In this document: in pieces, positions 28,301-40,828 of the stretch | Numbering within the stretch: the stretch's first letter is position 1 | How the letters are laid out: every line of letters begins with the position of its first letter | Source: Protoeuglena noctilucae | Taxonomy: Eukaryota | Assembly: GCA_958009085.1 (NCBI GenBank) | Contig: OY253675.1 | Span: 620,001 to 684,000 of the forward strand | DNA: 64,000 bases | Direction of reading: 5' to 3' | Notes under the pieces: model-generated | Databases searched by the model: none | Seen by the model: only the letters and a program-made list of their open reading frames with translations | What the model was told of the DNA's origin: nothing | Position numbers and translations under genes: made by a program

Positions 28301-29067
28301 GCGGAGAGACACGGCTCCATCGCCCTGCCCTTCCTGTCCGCACGCTCTGCTTTGCCCACCGCCCTGGCTGCATGGAGGTCGGTGGCGGGGGCAGACCGGG
28401 GGCCGGGGCCACCGGTCATGTCGGACGGGTGAGTGTCGATGTGCGTTGCGAGGTGCTTGTAGATGTACAACGTAAGCCGGGGCTGCATGGATGAGGCACT
28501 GTTGGACGGTGGAATGGGAGCTGGACGTGCTTACCCACGCGCTTAAGATTCCTTTCATTCCCTATTATCGCTCGCCCTCACAGACTGGAGCTGGAGGTGC
28601 TCGCGAACGTGCTTGAGATTGAGGATGACTTCCAGGAGGGCGCCAGTGCCAACACGGGGTCGGTGGGCAACGCGCCTGGCGAGCCCGGTGGCGTGAGGAG
28701 GCCGCTGCCGGGGACCGTGCTGCAGCAAGTGCGGTCCAACGCGGGTGAGGGGGGTGGGTGCGGTGTGCAGCGCAGGGTGGGTCAGCACTGCCGGTGGTCC
28801 CTTGTTAGAATGCGTGAGCGACCTGTAAGAATGTACACCAACCCAATCAATTCCTCTGTTTGTATTACCCTCTGTTTGTATCAACAACTCACCTCTCCAT
28901 CTCTCTCATCTGTCCTTCCGCCCGCAGTGCTGCTGAACCTCTGCCGCAGCCTGGCGTACCAGAGGCGCACGCTCCACGACCTCCCGCTGGGCATGCAGCA
29001 GGCGCAGGCGGTGCAGAACGCCATCGACGACGTCCGGGACATCGTCCACGTGGCGCTGGGGCAGTGA
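25321..29067 (+). CDS. STE20/MAP4K-family Ser/Thr kinase (SIK1/MST-like)
   Basis: LGKGSYGTV, VAVK, LWILMELCEGGS, HRDLKCGNILL, KLADFG, FIGTPHWMAPE (STE20 signature) and DVWGLGI; GTVV-repeat linker and C-terminal LLNLCRSLAYQR region. Confidence 0.93.
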
Positions 29068-29169
29068 GACGCGAGAAGTGTCGGAAAGACTACCTACTAG
29101 TGCTTAGAGACGGGCTGAGCTTTCGTGCGATGAGCCTGGCCAGCGCCGTCGCTGTTTGGCCCGTTCTAC

Positions 29170-29455
29170 TGCGCCGCGATTGTGTGTTCTGACCTCCGTT
29201 GAAAGCGGTTTTTGTTTTATATGTGGCATGTTTGCGATGGGAAGGCAAGCGGACCTGAAGGGAGGAAGTGCGCAAGGCGTGGAAGCCAGCGATAGCAGCG
29301 AGGCCCCACCCGGACGCCGCGCACCGTCGCGATGGTCTGGAAGGTCATGCCTAAGCGCAGCGTCGCAGCCGTGGGGCGCAGCGGGGAGTCCGCAGGCCAG
29401 CGCCCCCTCCCGAATGCTGCGCGTTGCTGGGAGATCGCCGCGCTTCGCGAGTCCG
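29170..29455 (+). repeat. Diverged direct repeat, copy A (~280 bp)
   Basis: Shares gttgaaagcggt, agcggacctg, cccggacgcc and aagcgcagcgtcgcagccgtggggcg.agcggggagtc with 31828-32095, in the same order. Confidence 0.85.
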
Positions 29456-30593
29456 CGTCAATCGTCCAAGGACACCCAATGGGGTCATGTTGAAGCTCGT
29501 CTGGCGCGCTTATGTTTAAAGCGCCGACTTACGTCAATAACGACACCGTACAGAGCTCGCGCTGCTCACGCGCATCGGGCTCGGTGCCCGGGACGTCGAG
29601 CGCCTGTCCTCGAGCTCCTCGTGGTCGCCGCGCAGGCTTGATAGATAGGGCGTCCGATGGGTGCGGTCGGCAGCTGCTAGCAGCGGCGCGCGAGCGCTCG
29701 GAGAAACGCTGCGTGACGTGAAAGCAAACGGGGCCCATAGAAGCACGCGCCTCGTCCGCGACGTCATTCACTCCTCGCTCCGTTCTTTCGTGGTCCACGC
29801 CAGCAGCTGGCATTGTTGGCTGGACCGCAGAAGGCGCCGGCGCGCGCGCACGCGCCCGGGTCTGCTGTGCACACTTCGCATGCAATTGTGGCGCGTGACG
29901 TCGACCTTGCTCAGCGCTACCTGTGAATTCGCAATCTTCATCGAGATAATAAGCGACGTGCGACCTCAAAGCGGCAGCAGGAGCAGAGCCAGCTCGTGGA
30001 GCGCAGGGCTGGCCCTGTGCGCTCGTGGCACAGCCTCGGCCAAGTCCCGCCCCGCCGGGACGGTGTCTTAGATACATACAGAATGTGACTGGGCTGCCGG
30101 GCTTTGATGGGATTGGCTGGACCGTTTTTAGGGGAGCACAACAGGTGCCCGGCCGGGCCGGTATCGGCGTCGCAGTGGGAAACCCACGTGACGGCACGCA
30201 GGCATTGCTCTGACCCTGCCCACGCCCAAGCGCGCGACCGCCGTGGGGAGAACGTCGCGCTTTCGGCATTTCACCAAAACCCAGCGATTCGAACCGATTC
30301 CACTCCACTTTGGCAATAAAGTCGGCTTTTGGTGGCCACTGGAGGAGTCTCGGCTTCATCCGTGAAGGCCCGGTCGCTGGCCCCCGCTGGCGAGGGACCC
30401 CCCTTGGACCCTACTGGTGGCAGTATAAGGGTTCCTGCAGCATCCTGCTCTGGACCCGCCACACTATAGCTAGCTCTCCTCGGCTCCGGGACCGATGTGC
30501 GTGCGGGCTTGCGCGGCTCGCGAACCCGTTGGTGATTCGCCCGAGGTCTACCCTCTCTTGGGTGCCCCCTGAGCCGGGCCTACCCCCGCGAGA

Positions 30594-31607
30594 ATGGAGT
30601 GGGACATCTCGCCCAAAACGATCTACCCAGGGGCCAAAAGCGTCACACTGATCATCCGGAATCCGAGCCATAATGGATCCCGTACGTCGGATTTCAAGGT
30701 GCAGATAACCAAAGAAAAACCTTTCATCATCGAGCAGCAAAGCAGGGAAAAAATTGAGAGCCGGCTGGGACACGCAGGTCAGTAGGATGGGTGACTTCTT
30801 GGGCAAGGCATGAGCGAGATGCGATTAACTCCCCTGTGCATTCTGGATAGCATGCTTACTCGAAAGGCGGTGCATCTCGAACGCCCCGGCACCCCGCATG
30901 CCGCGCAGGTCTTGACGGCGCCGAGTGGAACGTCATGGTGCACGGCGCAATCAAGCGGCTGCAACTTATTGTCACAATCTTAATCTCGCAGCACCTGGGG
31001 GACTACTAAGTGTCCGCACCAGAATCGAAAAAGCAACAGACCGACTTCAAGAGCGCGCTTTGGCCCTTCATCATCAACACCATCGTCGAGACGGCACAAG
31101 GCGGGGGCGCGCGATTGGGGCAGGGCCCCATGCACCTGGAGGCGTTGGGCGATGGCGGCGCTGGCGAGGGCCCCGCGGTGCAGGGCGGCCGTGTGGAGCC
31201 TGAGACCCCGGCGCAGCAGATGGCGCAAGTACACCAGGGCGTGGGTGAGGGGCAGGGCCCGGAGCAGGGGGGCGCGGGCACGGGGGCTGGCGGCAGGGAG
31301 GCTGCAGCACAGGACGTGGACGGCGCGTTCGACGCGGGCCAGAGCGACGGAGAGGGCGCAGGCGCGGGTGAGGAGGGGCCATGGTATGGGACTCGCGGAG
31401 CCATGGCTGACCACTTGTATCAACGTGACCTCGCTCGGACCACCTGCAGATACGGGGCGGGCCAAAAAGAGGCGCAGGGTTGATGTGCGGGAGATGCTGG
31501 AGAGCTTGGCGGGGAGGTTGGCAGACAGCCAAGCAAACCTCGCAGCCGCGCAAAACAACCTCACCTCCTTCATCACATCGTTCGCGGGGACGGCAGTCAG
31601 TGAGTGA
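30594..31607 (+). pseudogene. Small spliced ORF or pseudogene of unknown function lying between the direct repeats
   Basis: ATG at 30594; a GT-AG intron at 30778-30908 joins MEWDISPK...RLGHA to GLDGAEWNVMVHG...; an in-frame TAA at 31007-31009 is followed by an open frame (VSAPESKKQQTDFKSALWPFII...); probable last exon ends at TGA 31607. Confidence 0.4.
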
Positions 31608-31827
31608 GATTCACCAGGTGCTATTTTCGCTCTCTGTTTGAGAGGCATGGCGCATTGCCGTGGGTCAGGCGATTGATTCTCGAGCAGGCGGCATTCACGT
31701 ATTCGTGATTTGAGCAGTGACGTGCGTGAGTGTGCTGAGCCTGCTGGCAATTGCCTTGCTGTGGCGGCGCAAGTGCGTGGTTAGGGCGGTGTCGGAGGGA
31801 GAGCGGCCGGATTGCATCTTAATGCAT

Positions 31828-32095
31828 TGCTCCGCGGTTGTATGATCTGGCCTTTGTTGAAAGCGGTCACGTTCGATATCAGGCCTTCCTGCGATTGGAT
31901 GGCGAGCGGACCTGCGCGGAAGGCGCGGACGCGAGCGTAGGGAGGCCGCGCCCGGACGCCGGCACCGCCGCGATGGTCGGGAAGATCGTACCCAAGCGCA
32001 GCGTCGCAGCCGTGGGGCGTAGCGGGGAGTCTGAAGGTCAGCGCCGCGTCCTGAAGGGTGCTGACTGCCGGGACGTCGACGCGCTCCTCCCGTCC
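31828..32095 (+). repeat. Diverged direct repeat, copy B (contains the short ORF 31838-32101)
   Basis: Colinear similarity to 29170-29455. Confidence 0.85.
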
Positions 32096-32577
32096 ATATA
32101 AACCACTGTGACAAGCCAATGCGATTCATGATTGGCAAACTAAGGCTGCTCATGATATCGAGCGCGGCTACGCCACGCCCTGTCGCGCGAACGGCGTCGG
32201 TTGCGCCGCAACTGTCCTCGCTTTCGCTCGACGCGACCTTCTCTGCCCGGTTGCAGTCCGCGATGGGACGCTTGCTCCCGGCCACGACTGCGAGTGTGGG
32301 CGCGGGGAGCTATTGGTGTGCGCGGGATGCGGTGCGACCGGGTGTCTTTCCGGCCCCTTCGAAAGGCGAGAGCCGGCTGCTGGGGCTTTCATATGGCCGA
32401 TGCGTTGGCCAGCACCTGAGGTATGCGACTGCGGACCTACCGACTCCCTCGACCCCCCCGCTGCGCAGGGGACCGATCAGCACCCGCACTCGGTCGTGCA
32501 AGGCGCCGTGGCAATGCGCCGACTGCCTCGCCCGGACCGATGCGCCTGCCCTCGAACGCCCGGCCGCAAGTACAGCG

Positions 32578-35500
32578 ATGGAAGAAGACTGTGTGCCAGT
32601 CGCAGGCAAGAGGGACAATGCACGGCTCGAGCTGGCTGCACCTTCGCGCAAGCGCACGCGGCAGGCATCTCCAGAGACCGCGGGGGAGCAAGGGAACGAC
32701 GGCAGCACCACCAAACGGGCGCACAAGGAGCTGAGCTCCAAGCAGGGCGGGGCCAAGGGCAGCAGCGACGGCGCTGGCCGTGGCAAAGGCCGGGGGCACG
32801 TGGGCAAGGCTGCGTGTGGTTTGGGAGCTCAGCAGCGAGGTTCTGGGATGGGCAGCTGTGCAAACGAGGGCAACGCGGCAGCCGCGACGCTGCCCCGCGC
32901 CCGCACCCGCATGCGCACCCGTGCAGATGACCGCACAGGTTCCACAGAGCATGTCACCACACGTGATGGTGCTGGGCCCCTCACTGCGACTGCGACCGAC
33001 GATGATTGCAAAGTAGAAGACCATACTGCTTCGCCAGATGCACCGTCGCTGCCCGTTGCGAGCAGACGAGGGGTGCATGACAGCAGCGGCGGCCGTGTCA
33101 CCATGACTAAGGCGCCAGCAGCACCGACGCCTCGCGATGCATCCCATGCATCTGTACAGCCCCGCACTGCCCAAGAGGCCTCGCTGTGGCGCCACGTGGG
33201 CCTACAGCTGCTGGTGCTGCCCGACATGCAACCACGGCCACCCAAGCGCAGTCGGGGCAAGACAGGGACAGCCCACACCGACGGGGGTATCAATCTCGGC
33301 TTTTCAGATCTCGACAGAGAGCACACTGCCACAGAGCACACTGCCACATATGGCCCCGGCGCCACAGAGCCGACTCAGACCCAGCCAGCATCAACACTGT
33401 TGCGGCCCGAGAGTCCCAGAGAGCGCGTGCACGTGCTGCTGTTCAATTTAAACGCGCTGCGGGGTGGGGTCGAGCCGTGGGAGCAGTGCGGGGGGTGCGG
33501 GAACTACGTGGCGCTGCCCAGGACGACGCTGAGGTGAGGGACATGGGTGGGGGGGGCAGTGGTGAGCGGTGAGGGGTGCATGCTAAGGGTGGGAGAGGTG
33601 ACGGGTGGAGTTGTAAGGGGTGATGAGGACGACACTGCCCAAAGTAGTACTCTCTTCCCAACACATACCCCTCCCCCTTCCCACCCTCCCCAGTGCCTCC
33701 TGTCGCATATGCAAGGCCACCGTGACTCCCGACACTCTCCTGGACTCACTGCCGCTCATGGAGGATTTGAAAATCACCCACGGTGACCATCGGCGTCACG
33801 GGTTGAGGTCCAAGGGGCAGAGGCAGGGGGTGGCTGGCAAGAGCAGGGACGGGAGGGGTGAGGGAGAGGTGGGGAATGCCAGGAGGGGTGGAGGTACAAA
33901 GAGAAAGGGGGCCAGGAGTGGCGGTGGCAATGGGGAGAGCGACGGGGTGCGAGAGACGATTGCAGCAGCGAAGCGAGGGGACGACGGGTGCGGTGATGGC
34001 TCTGGCATGGGTTCTGGCACTGGCATCAGCTGCGGCGCTGGCGCTGGGTGCCAGTCAGATTCAGACGGGGGCGGGGCGGGCGAGGTGGCCGGGGCGGAGC
34101 TGGTGGTGGAGGCGGAGCACTGGGTGCAGTGCGACGTGTGCCAGAAGTGGCGCAAGGTGGATGCGGAGTGCGCGAGGAGGGCGGGGGAGGGAGGCGAGTG
34201 GCGGTGGTGAGTGGCGGCGGGGTGGGGTGTGTGCAAGAGTGGTGCTGGTGGTGGTGGTGAACCTCTTAGCAAGGGTTTTTGACGATCCCTCAATATCTCT
34301 CATCCCATACTCATTCCATGCTCTCATTTCACGTCTCATCGCACCTCGCTCCCCTCTCAGTTCGGCCTTGGGCCATGGCGCGTCGTGTGACGCGGCGGAT
34401 GATTGGCTCAGCCAGCAGGCGCGGCTGCAGCGGTCGATGGGGGCGCTGGGGAGGAACAGGGCCAAGAGGGCAGAGGTGAGGAGGGGGGGTGGTAGTGGTA
34501 GTGAAGAGGGTGCGGTGTTGAGATGAAAGAACGCGCAATTACTTGTCACTTCTCCTTGTGTGAGATACAAGACAAGCGAACTATACATGCAGCAAGTCTG
34601 TTACATTACGTCATCCCATCTTACTCTCCCCCCACATCGCAGCGCAAGCGTCGGGATGCGAGGGTGCATGAGATACGCGACTTGCTGTCGGCGATGGGGG
34701 CGGAGTGCAGGGCTGCCAGGGCAGAGCTGCGAAATCGGCGATCGAAAATGGCAGTTGGGAGCGGCGGGGCTGGGTGCGGGGGCGAGGGGGTGGGGGTGGG
34801 GGTGGGCGAGGGTGGTGGGGAGGGCGAGGGTGTTGCGGAGGGCGGGTGTGGTATGGGTGGGGATGGGGTGGACGGGGTCGTGAGCGCGGGTGGAGTGGTG
34901 AACAAGGATGTCGAGGATGGGAGTGGGGATGGGGATGAGGGGGGATTGGAGGGGTGGCTGGTGAAGAAGCGGGTGAGGGGCGGCGTGGGATGGGCGGAGA
35001 GGATGGTTTGAGCCATACTTATCCATGTAAACACAACTGATGCCAATTTTAGAAACTCATTACCAACTGCAGACGGAGATGGCTTCTCTCGAGTCGGAGC
35101 TGGCTGACTTGCTGGCCAAGGGCCCGGGTGCGAAGGGGCGCGAGATGGCGGCCTTGGGGGCAGCGGTGAAGGGGGGTGGCGGGGAGTCGGACGCTTCGTC
35201 GGACTGGGACAGACGGGCGAGTGAAGCGAACGAGAGGGGGCTGTGGTAATGATGTTATTATGATTTATTATATATTTTTAGTATTTCCATTACATAATAA
35301 TAAAACTAAATTTTACTATAATTATTATCAAATTAAAGACGTTGTCATCACACTGAATCCCAGTCCCTTTCTATTCCCTCCGCAGGGCCGCGTGGGCTGC
35401 GCGTCCAAGGCCGGGCACCGCGGTGGCGGGTCGCTGGCGGGGCTGGCGAGGGTGCTGAAGGGTCTGCATGACGAGGGTAGGTTAGGACATGCGTTGGGGA

Positions 35501-38500
35501 ACGCGGTTGGTACAAGGGAGCGTGTGCGGGTGGCGATGGGCGTGGGAGCGGAGGGGCGCGTGTGGGTGCAGGTGGCGGTGGTGGGGGAGGTGGATGTTAC
35601 GACAGAGGCGGCGGTGCTGGCGAGGTGAGGGAATGGGTGGGTGGGTGGAGGGGGACGATTAGTGTGATTACTGTGGGTGGAGATGAGGCGGGTGGTGCGC
35701 TGGCGAGGTGCGTGGGTGTTGAAAGGGTTAGGGCTGGCTTGTTGATATAGTCATGAAATGAATGCTTAACAGCTTTTGCTCTGTTCATCTCGCAGGTCCC
35801 TGACATTGGATGCGGAGGGCGACGACTTTTGGGAGGCATGCGACGTGTGCGGATCATGGGTGCCACTGACGAATATGAGTGATAATCATACGACAGGGAA
35901 GACGAGTAATATGGAAGATGGTGGGGCTGAGGGGGAGATGGAGGGTGGCACTCCAGCTGCTGAGGGTGGCAGCGGCAGTGGGGTGCGTGCGGTGGAGGCG
36001 TCTGCGCTGTGGGGTCAGTGCCGATGCGGGGCGACCGTGAGGTTCAAGGGAGCAGGGGAGGTGAGAGGAAAAGGGTTGTATGTTCACTACAGATATAGAT
36101 AGACATGCGCATTGCATTATGGGAGCTTACACAGTCTTTCTCTCACGCAGTCGCTGCACTCCCCTCCTCACCACCCTCACAGCCCCACAGATATCACACA
36201 CTCACTCATTCACCCCCACTTACCCCACAGGGCACGGATCACTGGGCTTCGTGCGACGCGTGTGGCAAGTGGCGCGCCGTCACGCCCCAGGTCTCTGCCC
36301 TCTGTGCCAAAGTGGGAGGGCGATGGACATGCGCGATGCTAGTACCGGGCGCGACCTGCCGGGCGACGCAGGGGGACTGGGCGGTGCGGGCACGGGCGAT
36401 GCGGGTGGCGGCGGTCAGGGAGGCAAGCATTGAGGCGACGCCGGGGGAGCTCGCCGGGCGCGTGGCGAGGGTGGGGGTGGGGCAGGCTGTGGCGATCGCC
36501 AGGTGAAAGGCTGGGGAGGGGCTGGGGCAGGCTGTGGTGCTTGCTTGGTGAGGGGCTGCAGAGAGGTAGCTGTGGCTGTGTGGTAGGGGCTGCTGCGCCA
36601 CTAACAGGCACGAATTCACGAATCATACACTGTTCATATGTACTGACATCATCTTGTAGCTAAACGTCACTGCCTCCCCACCGCAGAGCCTTCCCCGATG
36701 ATGACCACGCGCTCTCGTCCCTCCATCCCATCGACATAGCTGCTATCGATGCCCACGACATGAGTGATGGTACCAATGTCGATGCCGACGATGTCGATAA
36801 CGCTGTGATGGCGAGTGCGACACACTCGGTCATGCAGGGCTCATGGTGTGTGGGGAACGCGAGTGCGAGTGGGAGTGTGCGTGGGGTGGCGCGCGTTGAC
36901 GTTGATGAGAGAGAGGAGGGGACATTTGCAGAAGGGTTGCAGCCGAGAGCGTTGTTTGAGGGGAGGGATGGGGGCGAGGTGGCAGGGGAGGTGGGTGCAG
37001 AAGCAGCGGGGGTGTCTGGGCATGACCAAGCCGAGTCGCCTACCACTCATGCCGGCTGCACGATAGAGGGGCTAACGACACCAGACAAGTCAGTGCAGTG
37101 TAACTACTCAGTAGGTGGCCGTGGGTCCGATGGCAGCGCCGATGCCACGGTGTGCGCCGAGCCATGGGCCGCCACCCAACGTGCTGCGTCGGACGCAGCT
37201 GACACCGAACGTGCTGTGCCAGGCGTGACGGCAGGGTCACCGGCAGCTCTTGTCGACCCCAGTGCCGACGATCGCAATCGCGGCGGTCTGACACAGGCGT
37301 GTCCGACCAAAGAGGAGCAGTCCCCATCGCAGCGGTCGTGTGACTGCGACGAGGGCCCGACGCCGCCTTCGGTGTTTGCGGTGCCTCGGAGCCACCGGGG
37401 CCGCATGGTGGCCGTCATGGTGCCTGTGAAGGAGACGGGGGTCGAGACTGACATGTTGTGTGTGACGGGAGCTGGGTCAGCGAGTATCACAGAGCCCGGC
37501 ATGGAGCGTGTAACTGAGGTTTCGACTGAGGGTATAACAGAGCCAGGGATAGCGACCGTCGATGTGCCTCATGCCACCCCACGCACCGCCACTGCCCAAG
37601 GCGTAACCCCATGTCACGCCACCCCAGCCCACCCCACTGCACACAACGTCACCCTTTGCGTGCACGTGCTGAGCGAGGCCGTGCCCACGCACGCGGCCTT
37701 CTGCGAGTTCGTGCCTGGGAGGGACATGGTGTTTGCGCCTGACACGGCGGCCATGGGGATCGATCTCATGGACAGGGAGGTGATTAAAAGGTTGGGATAA
37801 ATAGTAGTAGCCCATTTACGTACTGCTCTCAATACCCAGACAATGATATTTCACCATCACCATGTGTTTCCCTTCCCCCCACGCCTTACCCATCCATCCA
37901 TCCACTAACCCATCCACTCCCCCAATCCCCCCCTTCCCCGCAGTCCGGAGAGCACGTCCTCTCCACCCGCCGCCTCCCACCCCACGCCCTCGCATGCGCA
38001 CGCGGCCCCGTCTTGCACGCACTCTCCCTGTGGCACGCACAGCGCATGCCGCCCGGGGCAGACGGCCGGGCCAGTGCTGGGCCCATCGACTTGCCAACGT
38101 ATCTCGCCACTCCGGACGCACAGGCGCAGGCGAGTGGTTGTGGGTGTATGTGGGTGCGTGTGACGTGTATGTGTACGATGGGTGTGGGTGTGGGTGAGAG
38201 GGTTGGTGAGGGCGAGCAAAGCGAGTGGAGTGGGTGCCGGATTGCAGAATGGTAAAGTTGTTAGTGTGGCGCAGCCATGTTCTCATCACACCTGAAAGCA
38301 CTTGCCACTTCCCCAGCCCCATCCCCTTACCTCCCTCCCCCTCACCTCCTCCCTACCTCACTCCCCCACCTCATCCCCCCACCTCCACTCAATCCCCCCA
38401 GGTGGTCCAGGCGCTTCACCGCCGCCGGGCTCGCCTGGAATCGGCGGGGATTGAACCCACGCGGGACAACTGCGCGGCCACGCACGTGGTGCACGTGCAC

Positions 38501-40828
38501 CCGGACGGCCGGCGCGTGTTTATCGGCGACGAGCACGACGTCACTGCTCATGGTGGCAACATCATGGCATTTAACAAGGCGTGGAAGTCTGCTCCTATTC
38601 GCTCATGGGTGAGGGAGCGGTTGGGGCGAGGGGCGGTCGTGCTGTGGGCGGGGAGGGATTTGTACGGGTCTGCCATCGCTAAAGAATGGTCACAGCATGA
38701 AGCATGGAATATTGACTTGTTATGAAGCTGTTATGAAGCTGCACCATGCAACCCCGACCATCGTCCTCCTGTCGCAGTCTGGGGGATTCAAACTGGCGGA
38801 CCTCCCCGGCGCGATTGCGAATCGCGTGGTGCGCAACCGTCTGTCCGACTGGATGGGCCCGCACGAGGCGGGGGTGCATGAAACAGCGCGTGCGGTGTGG
38901 GCCGCGATGCTGTCTGTGCCGCACACGCGGGAGGCGGCGCATCGGATGGTGGAGTATCTGGACGGCACGGCGCTGAGGAGGGCGACGAGGATCCCAGGGA
39001 CCGGATTCAATGCGTACAGGCGAGAGCAGAGATGGGGGTGGTGGAGGTGGTGGTCAGCAATCCAGCAAGTGATGGGTGGTGGTGGTGATAGGGCAGGGGT
39101 GACCGTCTCAATATCGACTGGCCCACAAATCAGCTTAAGTGTATAGTTACTGCTGGCAAGTGTATAATTATTAATATAAAGTCTCCTCCTTCCCCATCCA
39201 CTCAGTCTCAACATCGACTACCGCACCGGTCACCTCTTACAATATTAACTCTTTAATCACAGACACTAACTCCCACCTTCCCCTCCACCCAGCCTGAACA
39301 TCGATTACCGCACCGGTCGCCACGTGGACGGCAAGAACATGCCCGGCAGTTACTCTGCGTTACTCATCGTGGAGACGGGAGAGCCTTTCTTAGGGGGATT
39401 CTACATGGCGCCTCAGTTCCGAGTCGGGTTCGACCTGAGGCAGGTGACATGGGGAACATGGTGGTATGTGAGTGCGACTGTTACAGTGCTACTGTTACAG
39501 TCGCAACAGGGTGGCAAGCATTTGATGACAGGGTCGGGTGTCGGGTGCGGTAAGGTGAAGTGGAGACCCCCACCATCACACTTTCGATGACCAAAACTAT
39601 CCAATATATCGATTGCCATTGCTCATTTACTCTTCTCTCACCCCCCCCTGCAGGGCTGCGTGTTGTTCCACCGCAGCGGCGACCCCCACGTGGGCGTCCA
39701 CGGCAACGCAGCGCTGCATCTGCCAGAGCCCAGCAGTCACCGGGTGGCGCTGGTGTTCTATTGCACAGAGCTCAGGGACGGAGGGGGGGTTGGCGGGGGG
39801 GCGGGGGGCGATGTTGTGGGGGCAGCCACGGGGGTGGCGGGTGGGGAAGCAACGGGGGTGGGAGAGGGAGGCGGGGCAGTGGAGGTTGGGGAGGGAGGTG
39901 GGGTGGGTGGTGGGGAGGGGGATGGCAGGGGGCTGCAGGAAGGGAGAGGTAGCGGTGGGGGTGGGGGTGGGGCAAAGGTTGGCGTCGCAGCAGCAACTCC
40001 AGCTTTGCGAGACAGTACAGTGGGGCAAAATGGTGGTGGTTGCACAAAGAGAAAGGTGCCGAGTGACGGGGGAGGGGCGGAGTGGATGGAGGCGTGGGGG
40101 TGGGATGCGCCAGGTGTGCGTGGCAAAGGGGAGGGGGGGTGCGGTGGGAAGCAATCAGTGGGGGGCAGTCAAAGTGCACTTGCGCAGGGAGGACTTGGGC
40201 CGGCGGTGGCAGGAAGGGCGGGCGAGGGTGCGGTTGGCAAGAGCGTGGGTGCAGGGGGGGATGGCAAGGGCGGTGTGGGTGCGGACGCCTCCCTAACGAT
40301 CCACGCGACTGCTGACGGTTCTTATGACGACAACGATATCGACGTTTGTGGCGGTGACATGGCGTACGGTCCAGGCACCTTGCCGGCTGCCATCGCGAGC
40401 CTGTTCAAGAGCAGTGGCGGTGGGAGGAGGGGCAAGGGGGCTGCGGAGGGGGCGGTGGGGAGTGCGGGGAGGGCGGGGGTGGAGGGTGGAGGGAAGGGGG
40501 AGAAGCGGAGAGCGGGTGGGGCGGACGGGGCAGCTGTGCCTGCCAGGTGAGTTGGAAGAGTTGAGTGATAGGGTGCTGCAGTGTTCGTTAGCTACAGTCA
40601 CAGTCTACTTTGTGATCGCTCCCCTGTGCATCTGCTGCAAGCATGCCAAGGAGTCACCATAGCCATGCCACAATACTGCTAGTCTCAACCACCCACTGCA
40701 ATCGCTTCTCTGTTTGCCGCAGCAAGCGTGCCAAGAAGTCGACCCGGCGCTACCCCCGCTGCGGGGCGTGCAAGTTCTGCATGAACATCCACTGGCACAG
40801 GCCATGCATACGCAACCAGGAGGAGTGA
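32578..40828 (+). CDS. TET/JBP-family 2OG-Fe(II) dioxygenase with CW-type zinc fingers and a C-terminal CXXC-like motif
   Basis: Spliced core FNAYS|LNIDYRTGRHVDGKNMPGSYSALLIV...FLGGFYMAPQFRVGFDLRQ|GCVLFHRSGDPHVGVHGNAALHLPEPSSHRVALVFY shows HxD...H...RxxxxxY. zf-CW motifs HWVQCDVCQKWRKV (~34120) and HWASCDACGKWRAV...WTC (~36240); last exon RCGACKFCMNIHWHRPCIRN. The start and the linkage of all exons into one gene are inferred. Confidence 0.82.

Noticed and set aside
31007..31009. TAA/TAG reassigned to Gln, as in some ulvophyte algae
   Set aside because: Conserved genes here end at TAA (GST, 25004) and TAG (CPN60B 57457, OST48 49210), and I saw no in-frame TAR codons in conserved exons.
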